Below, in pieces: positions 34,559-46,078 of a DNA stretch of 64,000 bases (position 1 is its first letter; each line of letters starts with the position of its first letter). A program made the position numbers and the translations under genes. The notes under the pieces are model-generated. The model did not search any database and was not told where the DNA came from. It was given only the letters and a program-made list of their open reading frames with translations. Source of the stretch: Escherichia coli (GTDB lineage: Bacteria; Pseudomonadota; Gammaproteobacteria; Enterobacterales; Enterobacteriaceae); assembly GCF_050320075.1 (NCBI RefSeq), contig NZ_CP190018.1; one strand, written 5' to 3'.

Positions 34559-35557
34559 TCATAACGCCTGGATTTTGGCCCACACGCTGTCATCAACGGT
34601 GATGCCGTTACGGCGGTTTTCGGCCAGCAGGGTAGTAAATTCGTGGCCGGGTAAGCGGATGGCCTGGTTTTCGTCAGCGCGTTCAGCGGTAGTAACGTAA
34701 TCCATGATGCGTTGCAGCTTTGCATCGCGGGTGGGGCCGTCGATCAATTTATCCACTTCGATGGCGATAAAGATTTGCGAAACGCCGTATTCGTCGCTGT
34801 TGTCCTGGGTGACTTCGGCAACCGATGCGCCGTCGGAAAGGAGAGTGGCGATCATATCCAGCACAATCGACATGCCAGAACCTTTCCAGTAGCCCATCGG
34901 CAAAATGCGGCGATTCTTCTCGATAACGCCAGGTTCTTTGGTCAAATTGCCCTCATCATCAAAGCCACCATCAACCGGGAGCTGACGACCTGCCAGACGG
35001 TTAACTTCTAACATGCCGTAAGAGAACATCGACATCGACATATCGACCATGGTGATTGGGGTAGAAGGAATGGCGACGATCAGCGGGTTGGTGCCGATGC
35101 GACACTCTTTTGCGCCCCACGGCGGCATTACGGCGATGGAGTTGGTCCAGCAAATGCCAATATAGCCTTTTTCCGCCGCCTGCCAGCCGTAGCTGCCGCC
35201 GCGCATCCAGTGGTTGGCATTACGTAGTGCCACCAGACCAATACCATGATCGGCAGCCAGTTCGATGGCGCGATCCATCATCTTTTTCGCTGTCAGGTTA
35301 CCGATCGAACGCTGGGCGTCCCACTGTTCAATTGCGCCGAGGCTGGTTATACGTTTGGGTTGGGCATCAGGAATGATATCGCCGTTTTCCAGTTGTTGAA
35401 TGAAACGAGGGAAACGGTTGACGCCGTGAGAATAAACGCCGGATTCGGTGGTGCGGGCGAACATCTCGGCACAGGCATCAGCCGTTTCGCTGTCAACGCC
35501 GCGTGAAATTAAGACTCGATTAAAGGCTGCTTTTAACTGCTCAAATGTCACTTTCAT
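34559..35557 (-). CDS. yiaK: 2,3-diketo-L-gulonate reductase (332 aa)
   Basis: Malate/L-lactate dehydrogenase 2 family; first gene of the yiaK-sgbE operon. Confidence 0.9.
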   Translation of the reverse strand: MKVTFEQLKAAFNRVLISRGVDSETADACAEMFARTTESGVYSHGVNRFPRFIQQLENGDIIPDAQPKRITSLGAIEQWDAQRSIGNLTAKKMMDRAIELAADHGIGLVALRNANHWMRGGSYGWQAAEKGYIGICWTNSIAVMPPWGAKECRIGTNPLIVAIPSTPITMVDMSMSMFSYGMLEVNRLAGRQLPVDGGFDDEGNLTKEPGVIEKNRRILPMGYWKGSGMSIVLDMIATLLSDGASVAEVTQDNSDEYGVSQIFIAIEVDKLIDGPTRDAKLQRIMDYVTTAERADENQAIRLPGHEFTTLLAENRRNGITVDDSVWAKIQAL

Positions 35558-35757
35558 CCCTGGCTTCCTTGTTTTTTTGATCGCTTTTTTGGCTTAAAAT
35601 TTCAATATGCGAAATCTGATTTCAAATATATCGATCGCTTTTTAACAAAGCAATCTGATTGATGAATTTCAAAAAACTTAAAAATCAAGTGGTTATAAAT
35701 TATCTGTCGAGATCGTGAACTACGACACACTTTGCGCTACCATCAGGACGCGACAAA

Positions 35758-36606
35758 ATGGGGAAAGAAGTGATGGGAAAAAAAGAGAACGAGATGGCGC
35801 AGGAAAAAGAGCGTCCAGCCGGAAGCCAGAGTCTGTTTCGCGGGTTGATGCTGATTGAGATTTTGAGCAACTATCCAAACGGTTGTCCGTTGGCGCATCT
35901 TTCGGAGCTGGCTGGTTTAAATAAGAGTACCGTCCATCGCTTATTGCAGGGATTACAGTCCTGCGGCTATGTGACCACCGCGCCCGCCGCAGGGAGTTAC
36001 CGCCTGACTACCAAATTTATTGCCGTCGGGCAGAAGGCGCTGTCTTCGCTGAATATCATTCATATCGCCGCTCCGCATCTTGAGGCACTGAACATCGCCA
36101 CTGGTGAAACCATTAACTTCTCCAGCCGCGAAGACGATCACGCTATTTTGATTTATAAGCTGGAACCCACAACCGGGATGCTGCGAACCCGTGCCTATAT
36201 AGGCCAGCATATGCCGCTCTACTGTTCCGCAATGGGCAAGATCTACATGGCGTTTGGTCACCCGGACTACGTGAAGTCATACTGGAAAAGCCATCAGCAT
36301 GAGATCCAGCCGTTAACCCGCAATACCATTACCGAGCTGCCCGCGATGTTCGACGAACTGGCGCACATTCGTGAAAGCGGAGCGGCGATGGACAGAGAAG
36401 AAAACGAACTCGGCGTCTCCTGTATTGCTGTTCCGGTGTTTGATATTCATGGGCGGGTGCCGTACGCCGTGTCGATTTCTCTTTCGACATCACGTCTGAA
36501 ACAGGTGGGGGAGAAAAATCTCCTGAAACCACTGCGTGAAACCGCGCAGGCTATTTCTAATGAACTGGGATTTACTGTCAGGGACGACCAGGGCGCGATC
36601 ACATAA
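35758..36606 (+). CDS. yiaJ: IclR-family repressor of the yiaK-S operon (282 aa)
   Basis: N-terminal HTH, C-terminal IclR effector domain; divergent from yiaK. Confidence 0.88.
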   Translation: MGKEVMGKKENEMAQEKERPAGSQSLFRGLMLIEILSNYPNGCPLAHLSELAGLNKSTVHRLLQGLQSCGYVTTAPAAGSYRLTTKFIAVGQKALSSLNIIHIAAPHLEALNIATGETINFSSREDDHAILIYKLEPTTGMLRTRAYIGQHMPLYCSAMGKIYMAFGHPDYVKSYWKSHQHEIQPLTRNTITELPAMFDELAHIRESGAAMDREENELGVSCIAVPVFDIHGRVPYAVSISLSTSRLKQVGEKNLLKPLRETAQAISNELGFTVRDDQGAIT

Positions 36607-36707
36607 CGCTTTGGACAAGTGCCAAAACTTTAACATTTCCTTCGTTGGATCAAAGCAGTAGAGACGCGCTCTCTGGCACTCTGCTGTTTTAGTGCAAAGG
36701 AGTGATC

Positions 36708-37181
36708 ATGAACCGGTTTATTATTGCGGATGCGACGAAATGTATCGGTTGCCGTACCTGTGAAGTGGCTTGCGCAGTGTCGCATCAGGAGAATCAGGAT
36801 TGCGCTGCGTTGTCACCAGACGAGTTTATTTCCCGTATTCGTGTCATTAAAGACCACAGCTGGACCACGGCGGTAGCCTGTCATCAGTGTGAAGATGCAC
36901 CGTGCGCGAATGTCTGCCCTGTTGACGCGATAAGCCGCGAACATGGGCATATTTTCGTTGAACAATCACGTTGCATTGGCTGTAAAAGCTGTATGCTGGC
37001 TTGCCCGTTTGGTGCGATGGAGGTCGTTTCTTCGCGCAAAAAGGCGAGGGCGATTAAGTGCGATCTGTGCTGGCATCGGGAGACGGGGCCGGCCTGTGTT
37101 GAAGCCTGCCCGACAAAGGCGTTGCAGTGCATGGATGTCGAGAAAGTGCAGCGGCATCGGCTACGGCAGCAGCCTGTTTGA
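36708..37181 (+). CDS. ysaA: 4Fe-4S ferredoxin-type protein YsaA (157 aa)
   Basis: Multiple CxxCxxCxxxCP clusters; ATG at 36708 with aaggag RBS (ORF track starts at GTG 36702). Confidence 0.85.
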   Translation: MNRFIIADATKCIGCRTCEVACAVSHQENQDCAALSPDEFISRIRVIKDHSWTTAVACHQCEDAPCANVCPVDAISREHGHIFVEQSRCIGCKSCMLACPFGAMEVVSSRKKARAIKCDLCWHRETGPACVEACPTKALQCMDVEKVQRHRLRQQPV

Positions 37182-37228
37182 AACGTTTTCCGGCGTTTCT
37201 CAACGCCGGAATAGTGCGCTTTGTTTAT

Positions 37229-37327
37229 GCCGGATGCGGCTAAAACGCCTTATCCGGCCTACAAATTCTACCAAATTCAATATATTGCAGAAATCATGTA
37301 GGCCTGATAAGCGTAGCGCATCAGGCA
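37229..37327. repeat. REP/BIME elements between ysaA and avtA
   Basis: gccggatgcggctaaaacgccttatccggcctaca and tgtaggcctgataagcgtagcgcatcaggca; near-identical to the mtlA-mtlD REP units. Confidence 0.8.
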
Positions 37328-37331
37328 ATTT

Positions 37332-38585
37332 TTAGTGACTTTCAGCCCAGGCTCTTTCTATCTCTTCTGCCAGAATCTTCACACCCGCCTCAATTTTATC
37401 CGGCTCCGGCACGTAGTTCATGCGCATACATTGATGTGTATGTGGCCACGGTTTATCCAGCCCTAGGAAGAAGTTGTGCCCCGGCACCATCAGCACGCCG
37501 CGTGCTTTCAGGCGCTGATAGAGCTGCTCGGTCGTAATGGGCAAATCCTTAAACCATAGCCAGAGGAAAATGGCTCCTTCCGGTTTATGAATCAGGCAGC
37601 GATCTTCCGGTAAATAGCGGCGAATGATGGCGATAGTTTCCTGAACACGCTGGTAGTAAAACGGTTTGATGACTGTTTCAGACAGGCGCAGCAGATCGTT
37701 ACGCTTAATCATTTCACACATCACCGCCGGACCAATACCGCCAGGTGCCAGGCTGATAATGCCGTTCATATTGGTGATGGCGGTGATGATTTTTTCATTG
37801 GCGATGATAATGCCGCAGCGGGAGCCAGGTAGACCCAGCTTGGAAAGACTCATGCACAGTACGATATTCGGATTCCACAGCGGGCGCGCTTCGCTGAAGA
37901 TGATACCCGGGAACGGGACGCCATAAGCGTTATCAATCACCAGCGGAATGCCATGTTGATTCGCCAGCGCGTCAAGCTTCAGCAACTCTTCGTCAGTAAT
38001 CACATTGCCTGTTGGATTCGTCGGCCGGGAGACGCAAATCATCCCGGTTTCTTCGCCAATATGCAGATGCTCAAAATCGACGTGGTATTTAAACTGGCCT
38101 TCCGGCAGCAGTTCAATATTCGGACGCGCAGAGACAAACAGATCTTCTTCCAGTCCGGCGTCAGCGTAGCCAATGTACTCCGGTGCCAGCGGAAACAGCA
38201 CTTTTTTGACCCGACCATCGGCACGGCGTCCGGCGAACAGATTAAATAAGTAGAAAAACGCGCTCTGGCTGCCGTTTGTTAGTGCAATATTCTGTGGTTC
38301 GATATCCCAACCCAACTTATCGCGCAGCATTCCGGCAAGCAGTGTGAGTAGCTCCGTTTTCCCCTGTGGACCGTCGTAATTGCACAGTGCATCAGTCGCT
38401 TTGCCACTTTCCAGCATGTCGGTCAGTAGCGTCTGGAAGTAGTCCTGCATTTCCGGGATCTGCGCTGGATTACCGCCGCCGAGCATAATCGCGCCAGGCG
38501 TGCGTAAACCGTCGTTCAGATCTTCCATCAGCAGCGTAATGCCGGAGTGGCGGGTAAATTTGTCACCAAAAAGGGAGAATGTCAT
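37332..38585 (-). CDS. avtA: Valine-pyruvate aminotransferase (417 aa)
   Basis: ORF track 37332..38690 trimmed to ATG at 38585 (MTFSLFGDKFTRHSG...); PLP aminotransferase class I. Confidence 0.9.
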   Translation of the reverse strand: MTFSLFGDKFTRHSGITLLMEDLNDGLRTPGAIMLGGGNPAQIPEMQDYFQTLLTDMLESGKATDALCNYDGPQGKTELLTLLAGMLRDKLGWDIEPQNIALTNGSQSAFFYLFNLFAGRRADGRVKKVLFPLAPEYIGYADAGLEEDLFVSARPNIELLPEGQFKYHVDFEHLHIGEETGMICVSRPTNPTGNVITDEELLKLDALANQHGIPLVIDNAYGVPFPGIIFSEARPLWNPNIVLCMSLSKLGLPGSRCGIIIANEKIITAITNMNGIISLAPGGIGPAVMCEMIKRNDLLRLSETVIKPFYYQRVQETIAIIRRYLPEDRCLIHKPEGAIFLWLWFKDLPITTEQLYQRLKARGVLMVPGHNFFLGLDKPWPHTHQCMRMNYVPEPDKIEAGVKILAEEIERAWAESH

Positions 38586-38762
38586 AGCGGGATATCTGTC
38601 GAACTCTGTAGCAAGGAAGGTAACAATAACGCTACATTTGCTGGGGTGCAAATCGCTCTGTTGAAGAGTGAGCGGTGCTTTATCCTGCAACGCTGATTAG
38701 CTCTGACATTTTATCCTGGTTGGCGGCTTCCCGAGGTACTGACGAACGGGAAGCCGGAAAAG

Positions 38763-40793
38763 TCACTGTTGCCCAGCCCAGATGACCAGCACTTTATCGT
38801 CGCCATGCTCACGAACAAAGCCGTAGCCCTGCTTCAGCGAAAGTGTCGTTTGTTTGCCCGCGCCAATTGCGGGATGGCGGGCGCGGAACTGGCTGATTTT
38901 CTGCCAGTGCGCGACGCTGGCGGCAGATTTACCGCTAACATCCTGCCAGTTCATATCCGAACGCGTACCTTGCAGCGGATCCGAACCGGTGGGGCCGAAC
39001 GGACGCGAGGATTCATCACCATAAAAGATTTGTACCGCGCCTGGCGCTAATAATAATAACTCTGCTGCTTTGTCGCCCCCTTCACGGAACAGGCGGGTAT
39101 CATGCGACGAGAGGTAGCTCAACACGTTGAAATCCTGCAATTTCTCCGCCATTTGCTGCCAGGTCGTATCCATCTGCGCCAGACAATCGACTGCTTTAGC
39201 CGCCTGCTCCTGATAATCGAAATTGATCATCGCATCGAAGCCGTGGCGATAGTAGTCACTTTGCATCACGCCGTGGCCCCAGGCTTCACCGGTCATCCAG
39301 AAAGGTTTGTCATCTAATGCTTTGTCGGGGTTAGCTTTTTTCCATTCGCGAAGCGCGGCGCTGGCTTCGGTTTTCAGTTGCTGCCAGGCGGGCAACTCAA
39401 CATGTTTGGCGGTGTCGACCCGAAAACCATCAATCCCATAGTCGCGGACCCACTGACTTAACCAGTGGGTTAAGTAATCGCGAGGGGTAAAGCCGTCGAT
39501 GACTTTAGCGTGGGTATCCGTTTTGTTTTTATAGAACACCGGCAGACCAGAAGCGGTCGTTGATTCGGTTTTGATATCCGGCAAAAAGGCCAGCGACATA
39601 GTGAGATCGTCGAATCCCGGATTGTCGTAATCGCCGATATCGGTTCTGATCCAGTTTTTTCCCCACCATTTATCCCAGCCTGTTTTGTCGCTGAAATTAA
39701 TGTAATCGTTAAAGCTATGCCAGGTTTGCCCGGCGGCAGGTTTCCAGTCGCTCCAGCGTTCACCCAACGTTTTTTTCACTTCGTCACCAGAAAGATATAA
39801 CGCGCCAAACTGATACTCCTGCATATCCGCCAGTGTGGCATAGCCGGTGTGGTTCATCACGACATCAAAGAGAATACGAATACCGCGCTGATGCGCGCTA
39901 TCAACCAGTGTCCGTAGATCGGCTTCACTGCCCATATTGGCATCAAGATTCGTCCAGTCCTGTGTGTAATAACCGTGGTAGGCATAATGCGGGAAATCGC
40001 CTTTTGTACCGCCGCCGACCCAGCCGTGAATTTGCTCAAATGGGGCACTTATCCATAAAGCATTGACGCCCAGCTGCTGGAGGTAATCCAGTTTGTTGGT
40101 CAGGCCGCGTAAATCGCCGCCGTGAAAAGTGCCAATTTCTGCCATACCGTCTTTATGACGTCCGTAACTCTGGTCATTACTGGGATCGCCGTTTTCGAAA
40201 CGATCTGTCAGCACAAAGTAAACCGTGGCGTTATGCCAGTCGAAAGGGGCAGGGGCGTCAGTTTCTGCCCGTTCCAGCAGGAGTAAACCGTTGCTGGTGG
40301 CAGCGGGTTGTAACGTTATTTGACCGTTCTTCACTATCGCAATTTGCTGGCTGTAATAATCCCGGACTGCGGCTCCCTCCGGAAAAGTGGCGCTGACATC
40401 CAGTGTGAGCGGTAATCCATCCCATTTCGGGCATTCACGGACCAGGCTTGCTACCGGTTCGACGGCGTTCTGGATGGAAATCATCAATGTTGGTGTACCG
40501 GAGCGGGTGTCTAGTTGCAGCGTATATTCGCCGTCCCTGAACAATCGCCATTGAGGTGGCGTGTTGCTACAAGGTTGCAGGGAAAGCATCTGATTGAGTT
40601 TTATCGCATCCGCAGGCTGCCAGCACTGTTGGTCAAAATTTATCGTTAGTGGACGCGTACCTTTGGGCAACTGCGCGTGGCTGACAAATGTTCCCGTCCC
40701 CTGTTCGCTAAAGGCGGGAAACCCCGGAGAAGTCCAGCTGGCGGCAACGGCGAAGCCAGGAAGGAGCGTCAGAAAACAGGCGGCGAGTTTCAT
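38763..40793 (-). CDS. malS: Periplasmic alpha-amylase (676 aa)
   Basis: Signal peptide plus GH13 catalytic motifs (GFRVDTAKH, MTGEAWG, SSHD). Confidence 0.93.
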   Translation of the reverse strand: MKLAACFLTLLPGFAVAASWTSPGFPAFSEQGTGTFVSHAQLPKGTRPLTINFDQQCWQPADAIKLNQMLSLQPCSNTPPQWRLFRDGEYTLQLDTRSGTPTLMISIQNAVEPVASLVRECPKWDGLPLTLDVSATFPEGAAVRDYYSQQIAIVKNGQITLQPAATSNGLLLLERAETDAPAPFDWHNATVYFVLTDRFENGDPSNDQSYGRHKDGMAEIGTFHGGDLRGLTNKLDYLQQLGVNALWISAPFEQIHGWVGGGTKGDFPHYAYHGYYTQDWTNLDANMGSEADLRTLVDSAHQRGIRILFDVVMNHTGYATLADMQEYQFGALYLSGDEVKKTLGERWSDWKPAAGQTWHSFNDYINFSDKTGWDKWWGKNWIRTDIGDYDNPGFDDLTMSLAFLPDIKTESTTASGLPVFYKNKTDTHAKVIDGFTPRDYLTHWLSQWVRDYGIDGFRVDTAKHVELPAWQQLKTEASAALREWKKANPDKALDDKPFWMTGEAWGHGVMQSDYYRHGFDAMINFDYQEQAAKAVDCLAQMDTTWQQMAEKLQDFNVLSYLSSHDTRLFREGGDKAAELLLLAPGAVQIFYGDESSRPFGPTGSDPLQGTRSDMNWQDVSGKSAASVAHWQKISQFRARHPAIGAGKQTTLSLKQGYGFVREHGDDKVLVIWAGQQ

Positions 40794-41112
40794 GGCGGAT
40801 GAGTCCTTATTGCTGCGATTTCAGACAGTTTGCCAGCGATAAGCCAGACAAAACTCATCCCTGAGCGGTAAGTCCACAGGATGAGAAGCAAGGGTGAGCG
40901 ATCGCGCGCAAAAAACGGCTGAATTTTGCGATAAACCCCACATTTTCTGCGATTTAGCGCCAATCTGAATCGTTAACTCGTGACATAGTTTCAGATTTGG
41001 ACTATTCCTTGGGGTGCTCTTGACAGCTATTTTTGATATGATTTGAGATTCAACTCTCAAATTTGTGAAAAATATAAGGTGTTGGAATGATTAAATCCGA
41101 CCAGGAGACCTG

Positions 41113-41937
41113 ATGATTTTGACTCCCATACGACGATATGGGGCGATGATTCTTATGTTACTCACTCTGGTGTTTTCGAGTGAGGTGTTAGCGAAGACGC
41201 ACACAACAACAGCGAGTCAAAAGTCCCACTTAACTAAAGCTAGTAATAAACAGGTAAGCAGTAAACAAGAGTATTCTCGCAATAGTGCAAAGAGTAGTTC
41301 ACTTCCTGATTTGCGAAAATACCCTTCCGGAACACCAAGGAAAAAGGCGTTTCTCCGGACTGTAATGCCTTACATTACCAGCCAAAATGCGGCCATTACT
41401 GCGGAACGTAACTGGCTCATTTCAAAACAGTATCAGGGCCAATGGTCACCTGCTGAGCGTGCGCGTCTGAAAGACATCGCCAAACGCTACAAGGTGAAGT
41501 GGTCTGGTAATACGCGCAAAATCCCGTGGAATACCTTGCTTGAACGCGTAGACATTATCCCCACTAGTATGGTGGCGACGATGGCTGCAGCAGAAAGCGG
41601 TTGGGGAACGTCGAAGCTGGCGCGCAACAACAACAACCTGTTCGGCATGAAATGCATGAAAGGACGTTGTACTAATGCGCCGGGTAAAGTGAAGGGGTAC
41701 TCACAGTTTAGTTCTGTCAAAGAATCGGTGAGCGCCTATGTCACTAACCTGAATACTCACCCGGCTTACTCTTCGTTCCGTAAATCGCGTGCACAGCTGC
41801 GTAAAGCGGATCAGGAAGTGACTGCCACAGCGATGATTCACAAACTGAAGGGCTACTCGACCAAAGGGAAGAGTTATAACAACTACCTGTTCGCAATGTA
41901 CCAGGATAACCAACGGTTAATCGCGGCGCATATGTAA
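41113..41937 (+). CDS. bax: Bax protein, glucosaminidase-domain protein (274 aa)
   Basis: Recognised as Bax. Confidence 0.88.
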   Translation: MILTPIRRYGAMILMLLTLVFSSEVLAKTHTTTASQKSHLTKASNKQVSSKQEYSRNSAKSSSLPDLRKYPSGTPRKKAFLRTVMPYITSQNAAITAERNWLISKQYQGQWSPAERARLKDIAKRYKVKWSGNTRKIPWNTLLERVDIIPTSMVATMAAAESGWGTSKLARNNNNLFGMKCMKGRCTNAPGKVKGYSQFSSVKESVSAYVTNLNTHPAYSSFRKSRAQLRKADQEVTATAMIHKLKGYSTKGKSYNNYLFAMYQDNQRLIAAHM

Positions 41938-42044
41938 TTGCATTTCCTCGAGCCTTATCCGACTTGTCAGTCGGATAAGGCTTTTGCTCGCATCAGGTGG
42001 TTGTGCTGAGTTACCTGATGCGACGCCGACAATTCTCATCATCG

Positions 42045-43223
42045 CTACAACATGACCTCGCTATTTACATCGCGATACTCTTTTGGCGTCGTGTCATATG
42101 CTTTTTTAAAAACAGAGTAGAAATATTGCAGCGATGGATAACCGCACATTTGCGATATCTCATTGATTGACAAGGTGGTTGAAATCAGCAGACTGCGCGC
42201 TTTCTCCAACTTCTCGGCATGAATCATGGCATGGATGGTTTCGCCCACCTCTTCTTTAAAACGCTTCTCAAGATTGGAGCGCGAGATCCCGACCGCATCG
42301 AGTACCTGATCCACTTTAATCCCTTTACAGGCGTGATTACGAATGTAATGCATGGCCTGAATAACGGCGGGATCGGTCAGCGAGCGGTAATCTGTTGAGC
42401 GCCGTTCAATGACGCGAACTGGTGGGACCAAAATCCGCTGTAGCGGCATTTCTTCTTTATCTAATAATCGATGCAACAGTTTTGCCGCCTGATAGCCCAT
42501 TTGCCGCGCGCCCTGAGCGACCGAAGAAAGGGCGACACGCGACAGATAGCGGGTCAGTTCTTCGTTATCGATGCCAATCACGCATAATTTTTCCGGTACG
42601 GGAATATGTAGATGTTCACATACTTGCAGAATATGCCGCGCCCGGGCGTCAGTAACGGCAATAATCCCGGTTTGCGGTGGCAGCGTTTGTAGCCAGTCTG
42701 CCAGCCGATTTTGCGCGTGTTGCCAGTTCTCTGGCGCGGTTTCTAACCCCTGATAAACCACTCCGCGATACTTTTCTTCGGCGACAAGCTGACGAAATGC
42801 ATATTCGCGTTCAGTGGCCCAACGTTTACCGCTTGATTCCGGAAGACCATAAAAAGCAAAGCGGTTAACGCCTTTCTCTTTTAAATGCAAAAATGCGCTT
42901 TCAACCAGCGCATAGTTATCGGTGGCAATGTAATGAACGGGTGGGTAACTTTCGGCAAGGTGATACGAGCCACCAACCCCAACAATGGGGACGTCGACAT
43001 CAGCCAGCGCTTGCTCGATTTGTTTGTCGTCGAAGTCGGCAATGACGCCATCTCCTAACCAGTCCTTGATTTTATCAATGCGGGCGCGGAAATCTTCTTC
43101 AATGAAAATATCCCATTCCGATTGTGACGCCTGTAAATATTCCCCTACGCCTTCTACTACCTGCCGGTCATAGGCTTTATTGGCATTGAACAGTAATGTG
43201 ATGCGGTGACGTTTAGTAAACAT
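42045..43223 (-). CDS. xylR: Xylose operon activator XylR (392 aa)
   Basis: Periplasmic-binding-protein-like N-domain fused to C-terminal AraC-type HTH. Confidence 0.93.
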   Translation of the reverse strand: MFTKRHRITLLFNANKAYDRQVVEGVGEYLQASQSEWDIFIEEDFRARIDKIKDWLGDGVIADFDDKQIEQALADVDVPIVGVGGSYHLAESYPPVHYIATDNYALVESAFLHLKEKGVNRFAFYGLPESSGKRWATEREYAFRQLVAEEKYRGVVYQGLETAPENWQHAQNRLADWLQTLPPQTGIIAVTDARARHILQVCEHLHIPVPEKLCVIGIDNEELTRYLSRVALSSVAQGARQMGYQAAKLLHRLLDKEEMPLQRILVPPVRVIERRSTDYRSLTDPAVIQAMHYIRNHACKGIKVDQVLDAVGISRSNLEKRFKEEVGETIHAMIHAEKLEKARSLLISTTLSINEISQMCGYPSLQYFYSVFKKAYDTTPKEYRDVNSEVML

Positions 43224-43300
43224 GGTTCTTTTCCTGCTGAATCATGCAAAAACTCAAAACCGGTAATACGTTACCGGCTTTGAGAAAATTTTTATCAAAA

Positions 43301-44482
43301 TCAAGAACGGCGTTTGGTTGCGGAGTCCATCCATACTGCCAGCAACAGAATCGCACCTTTAACGATATACTGCCAGAAGGTCGGTACATCCATCATACTC
43401 ATACCGTTATCCAGTGAAGCCATGATGAATGCCCCCATTACCGCTCCGGCAACGCTTCCCACACCGCCAGCCAGACTGGTGCCGCCAATCACGCATGCGG
43501 CAATTGCGTCCAGTTCGGCGATATTTCCCGCAGAAGGTGAACCAGCGCCAAGTCGAGAACTGAGGATTAATCCGGCGATAGCGACCATTAATCCGTTAAT
43601 AGCGAATACGGCAAGTTTGGTGCGTTCAACGTTGATCCCGGAGAGACGTGCTGCTTCCAGATTGCCGCCGATGGCATAAATGCGTCGTCCAAATGCCGTC
43701 CGCGTTGCCATAAACATTCCGCCGAGTAACAGCAACGTCAGCAGCAGAACAGGAGTGGGAACGCCACGGTAATCGTTCAACAGCCAGATTGCGCCTAAGA
43801 CGATAATCGCCGTTAATGCCTGGCGACCGACAACTGCGGTAGAGGCCGGAGACTGCAAACCCAAAGCCTGACGGCGCATTCTTCCGCGCCATTGCCAGCC
43901 AACAAAAGCCATTAAGCCAAGCGCGCCAATGATGAAGCCGGTGCTGGCGGGTAGATAGCTTTGCCCGATTTGTGACATCGCGGCGCTGGTGGGGGAAACA
44001 GTCGTGCCGTTGGTGATGCCAATGAGTATGCCGCGAAATGCCAACATGCCCGCGAGGGTGACAATAAATGAAGGGACTTTGCGGTACGCGACCCACCATC
44101 CGTTCCAGGCACCGAGAAGCAGTCCCAGAACCAACGTCACAATGATGGTAAGTGGCAAAGGCCAGCCTAGCCAGACGTCACAAATCGCCGCGACGCCACC
44201 TAATAGCCCCATCATTGAGCCGACGGAAAGGTCGATTTCAGCAGAAATTATGACGAACACCATTCCTACCGCGAGGATGCCGGTAATCGCGGTCTGGCGT
44301 AACAGGTTGGAGACGTTACGAGCGCTTAAGTAGGCACCATCGGTGGTCCAGGTAAAGAACAGCATGATTGCGATGATAGCTGCAATCATCACGAAGACCT
44401 GCAAATTCAGTGACTTCAACCCGGAAAAGCCACCGGATGTCGGTACGGCCAATTTCACTTCAGACGGATTGCTTTTCGACAT
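43301..44482 (-). CDS. xylH: Xylose ABC transporter permease (393 aa)
   Basis: Recognised as XylH. Confidence 0.93.
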
Positions 44483-46001
44483 GATGTTCGCTCCTCAATG
44501 CGGCTTCCATCACCTGCTCCTGAGTCAGGTTATGATTTATCAGGTTGGCTTTTAGTTTCCCTTCATGCATCACCAGTACACGATCGCTAAGGCCGAGCAC
44601 TTCAGGTAATTCGGAAGAGATGACAATAACGGCAATACCCTGCTGGACGAGTTGGTTAATTAATTTGTAGATCTCGTATTTCGCGCCAATATCGATACCC
44701 CTGGTAGGTTCATCAAGAATGAGAATGCGCGGGTTGAGTAACAGACAGCGAGCGAGGATCGCTTTTTGCTGATTGCCGCCGCTCAAACGTCCAATAGCAA
44801 GGTCGGGGGACGACGTTTTAACTTTGAGTTGCTGGATTGATTCCAGAATACATTTTTGCTCTGCCGCGTCATCAAGCTGGCTAATACCGCCGGTAAATTT
44901 ATTGAGTGCGGCGAGGGTAATATTTTTACCAACCGCCATTACCGGAACGATGCCGTCGCGCTTTCTGTCTTCGGGGACCATCGCAATCCCCTGGGCGATG
45001 GCTTGCTGACAGTTACGAATATCTACCTGTTTGCCATCAATATAAATTTTTCCTTCCCATTGTCCGGGCCACACGCCAAACAGGCACTGAATGGTCTCGG
45101 TACGTCCGGCACCAACGAGTCCGGCAATACCCAGTATTTCGCCACGTTTCAGGGAAAACGAGACATCATTAACTCGTTTAATATGACGATTAACCGGATG
45201 CCATGCCGTCAGATGTTCAATACGTAATATTTCATCTCCGGTGGTATGTGGTTCATTAGGGTAAAGCGCGGTTAACTCTCGCCCGACCATCATGGTGATA
45301 ATATCGTCTTCACTCATTCCGGCAGCATCACGCGTACCAATGTGCTGACCGTCGCGAATAACGCAAATCGTATCGGAAATCGCTTTGACTTCGTTGAGTT
45401 TGTGCGAAATATAAATACAGGCGATACCGTGCTGTTGCAGATCGCGAATAATATCCAGTAAAACCGACGTTTCCTGCTCAGTTAATGAGGCTGTCGGTTC
45501 ATCGAGAATTAACAAACGCACCTGTTTATTAAGTGCCTTGGCAATTTCAACCAGTTGTTGTTGCCCAAGCCCTAAATCGCCAACGCGGGTATCGGGTGAA
45601 ATGGATAAACTGACCTGTGCGAGCAGCTTCTGACAGCGTAGTGTCATCAGGTCATAATCCATAATGCCATTGTGGGTTATTTCGTTACCCAGGAAGATAT
45701 TTTCCAGCACAGTCAATTCTTTCACCAGGGCCAATTCCTGGTGAATGATGGCGATACCTTTGCGTTCGGTATCGCGGATGTGACTCGCCTGAATCTCTTC
45801 TCCCGCAAAAATAATTTCGCCTTCGTAGGAGCCATGGGGATAAATACCACACAGCACTTTCATCAGCGTTGATTTACCAGACCCATTTTCCCCACAGAGT
45901 GAGACGATTTCGCCAGCATTCAACCGCAAGCTGACGTTATCAATCGCCTTCACACTGCCGAAGGTTTTGGTAATGTTCTTCATTTCAAGTAGATAAGGCA
46001 T
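44460..46001 (-). CDS. xylG: Xylose ABC transporter ATP-binding protein (513 aa)
   Basis: Two ABC cassettes with Walker A motifs GENGSGKST and GLVGAGRTE. Confidence 0.93.
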
Positions 46002-46078
46002 AACGACTCCACCTAAGCCAATTCATTCACGCGGCATGGAGAGAAATCACGCCCCCGCTCCCCGCCGGGGCGTAACGC

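Noticed and set aside
40856-40885. MalT-box-like GGATGAG motifs upstream of malS
   Set aside because: Short motif with several chance-level matches; malS is known to be MalT-dependent, but I cannot place the boxes reliably without a matrix scan.
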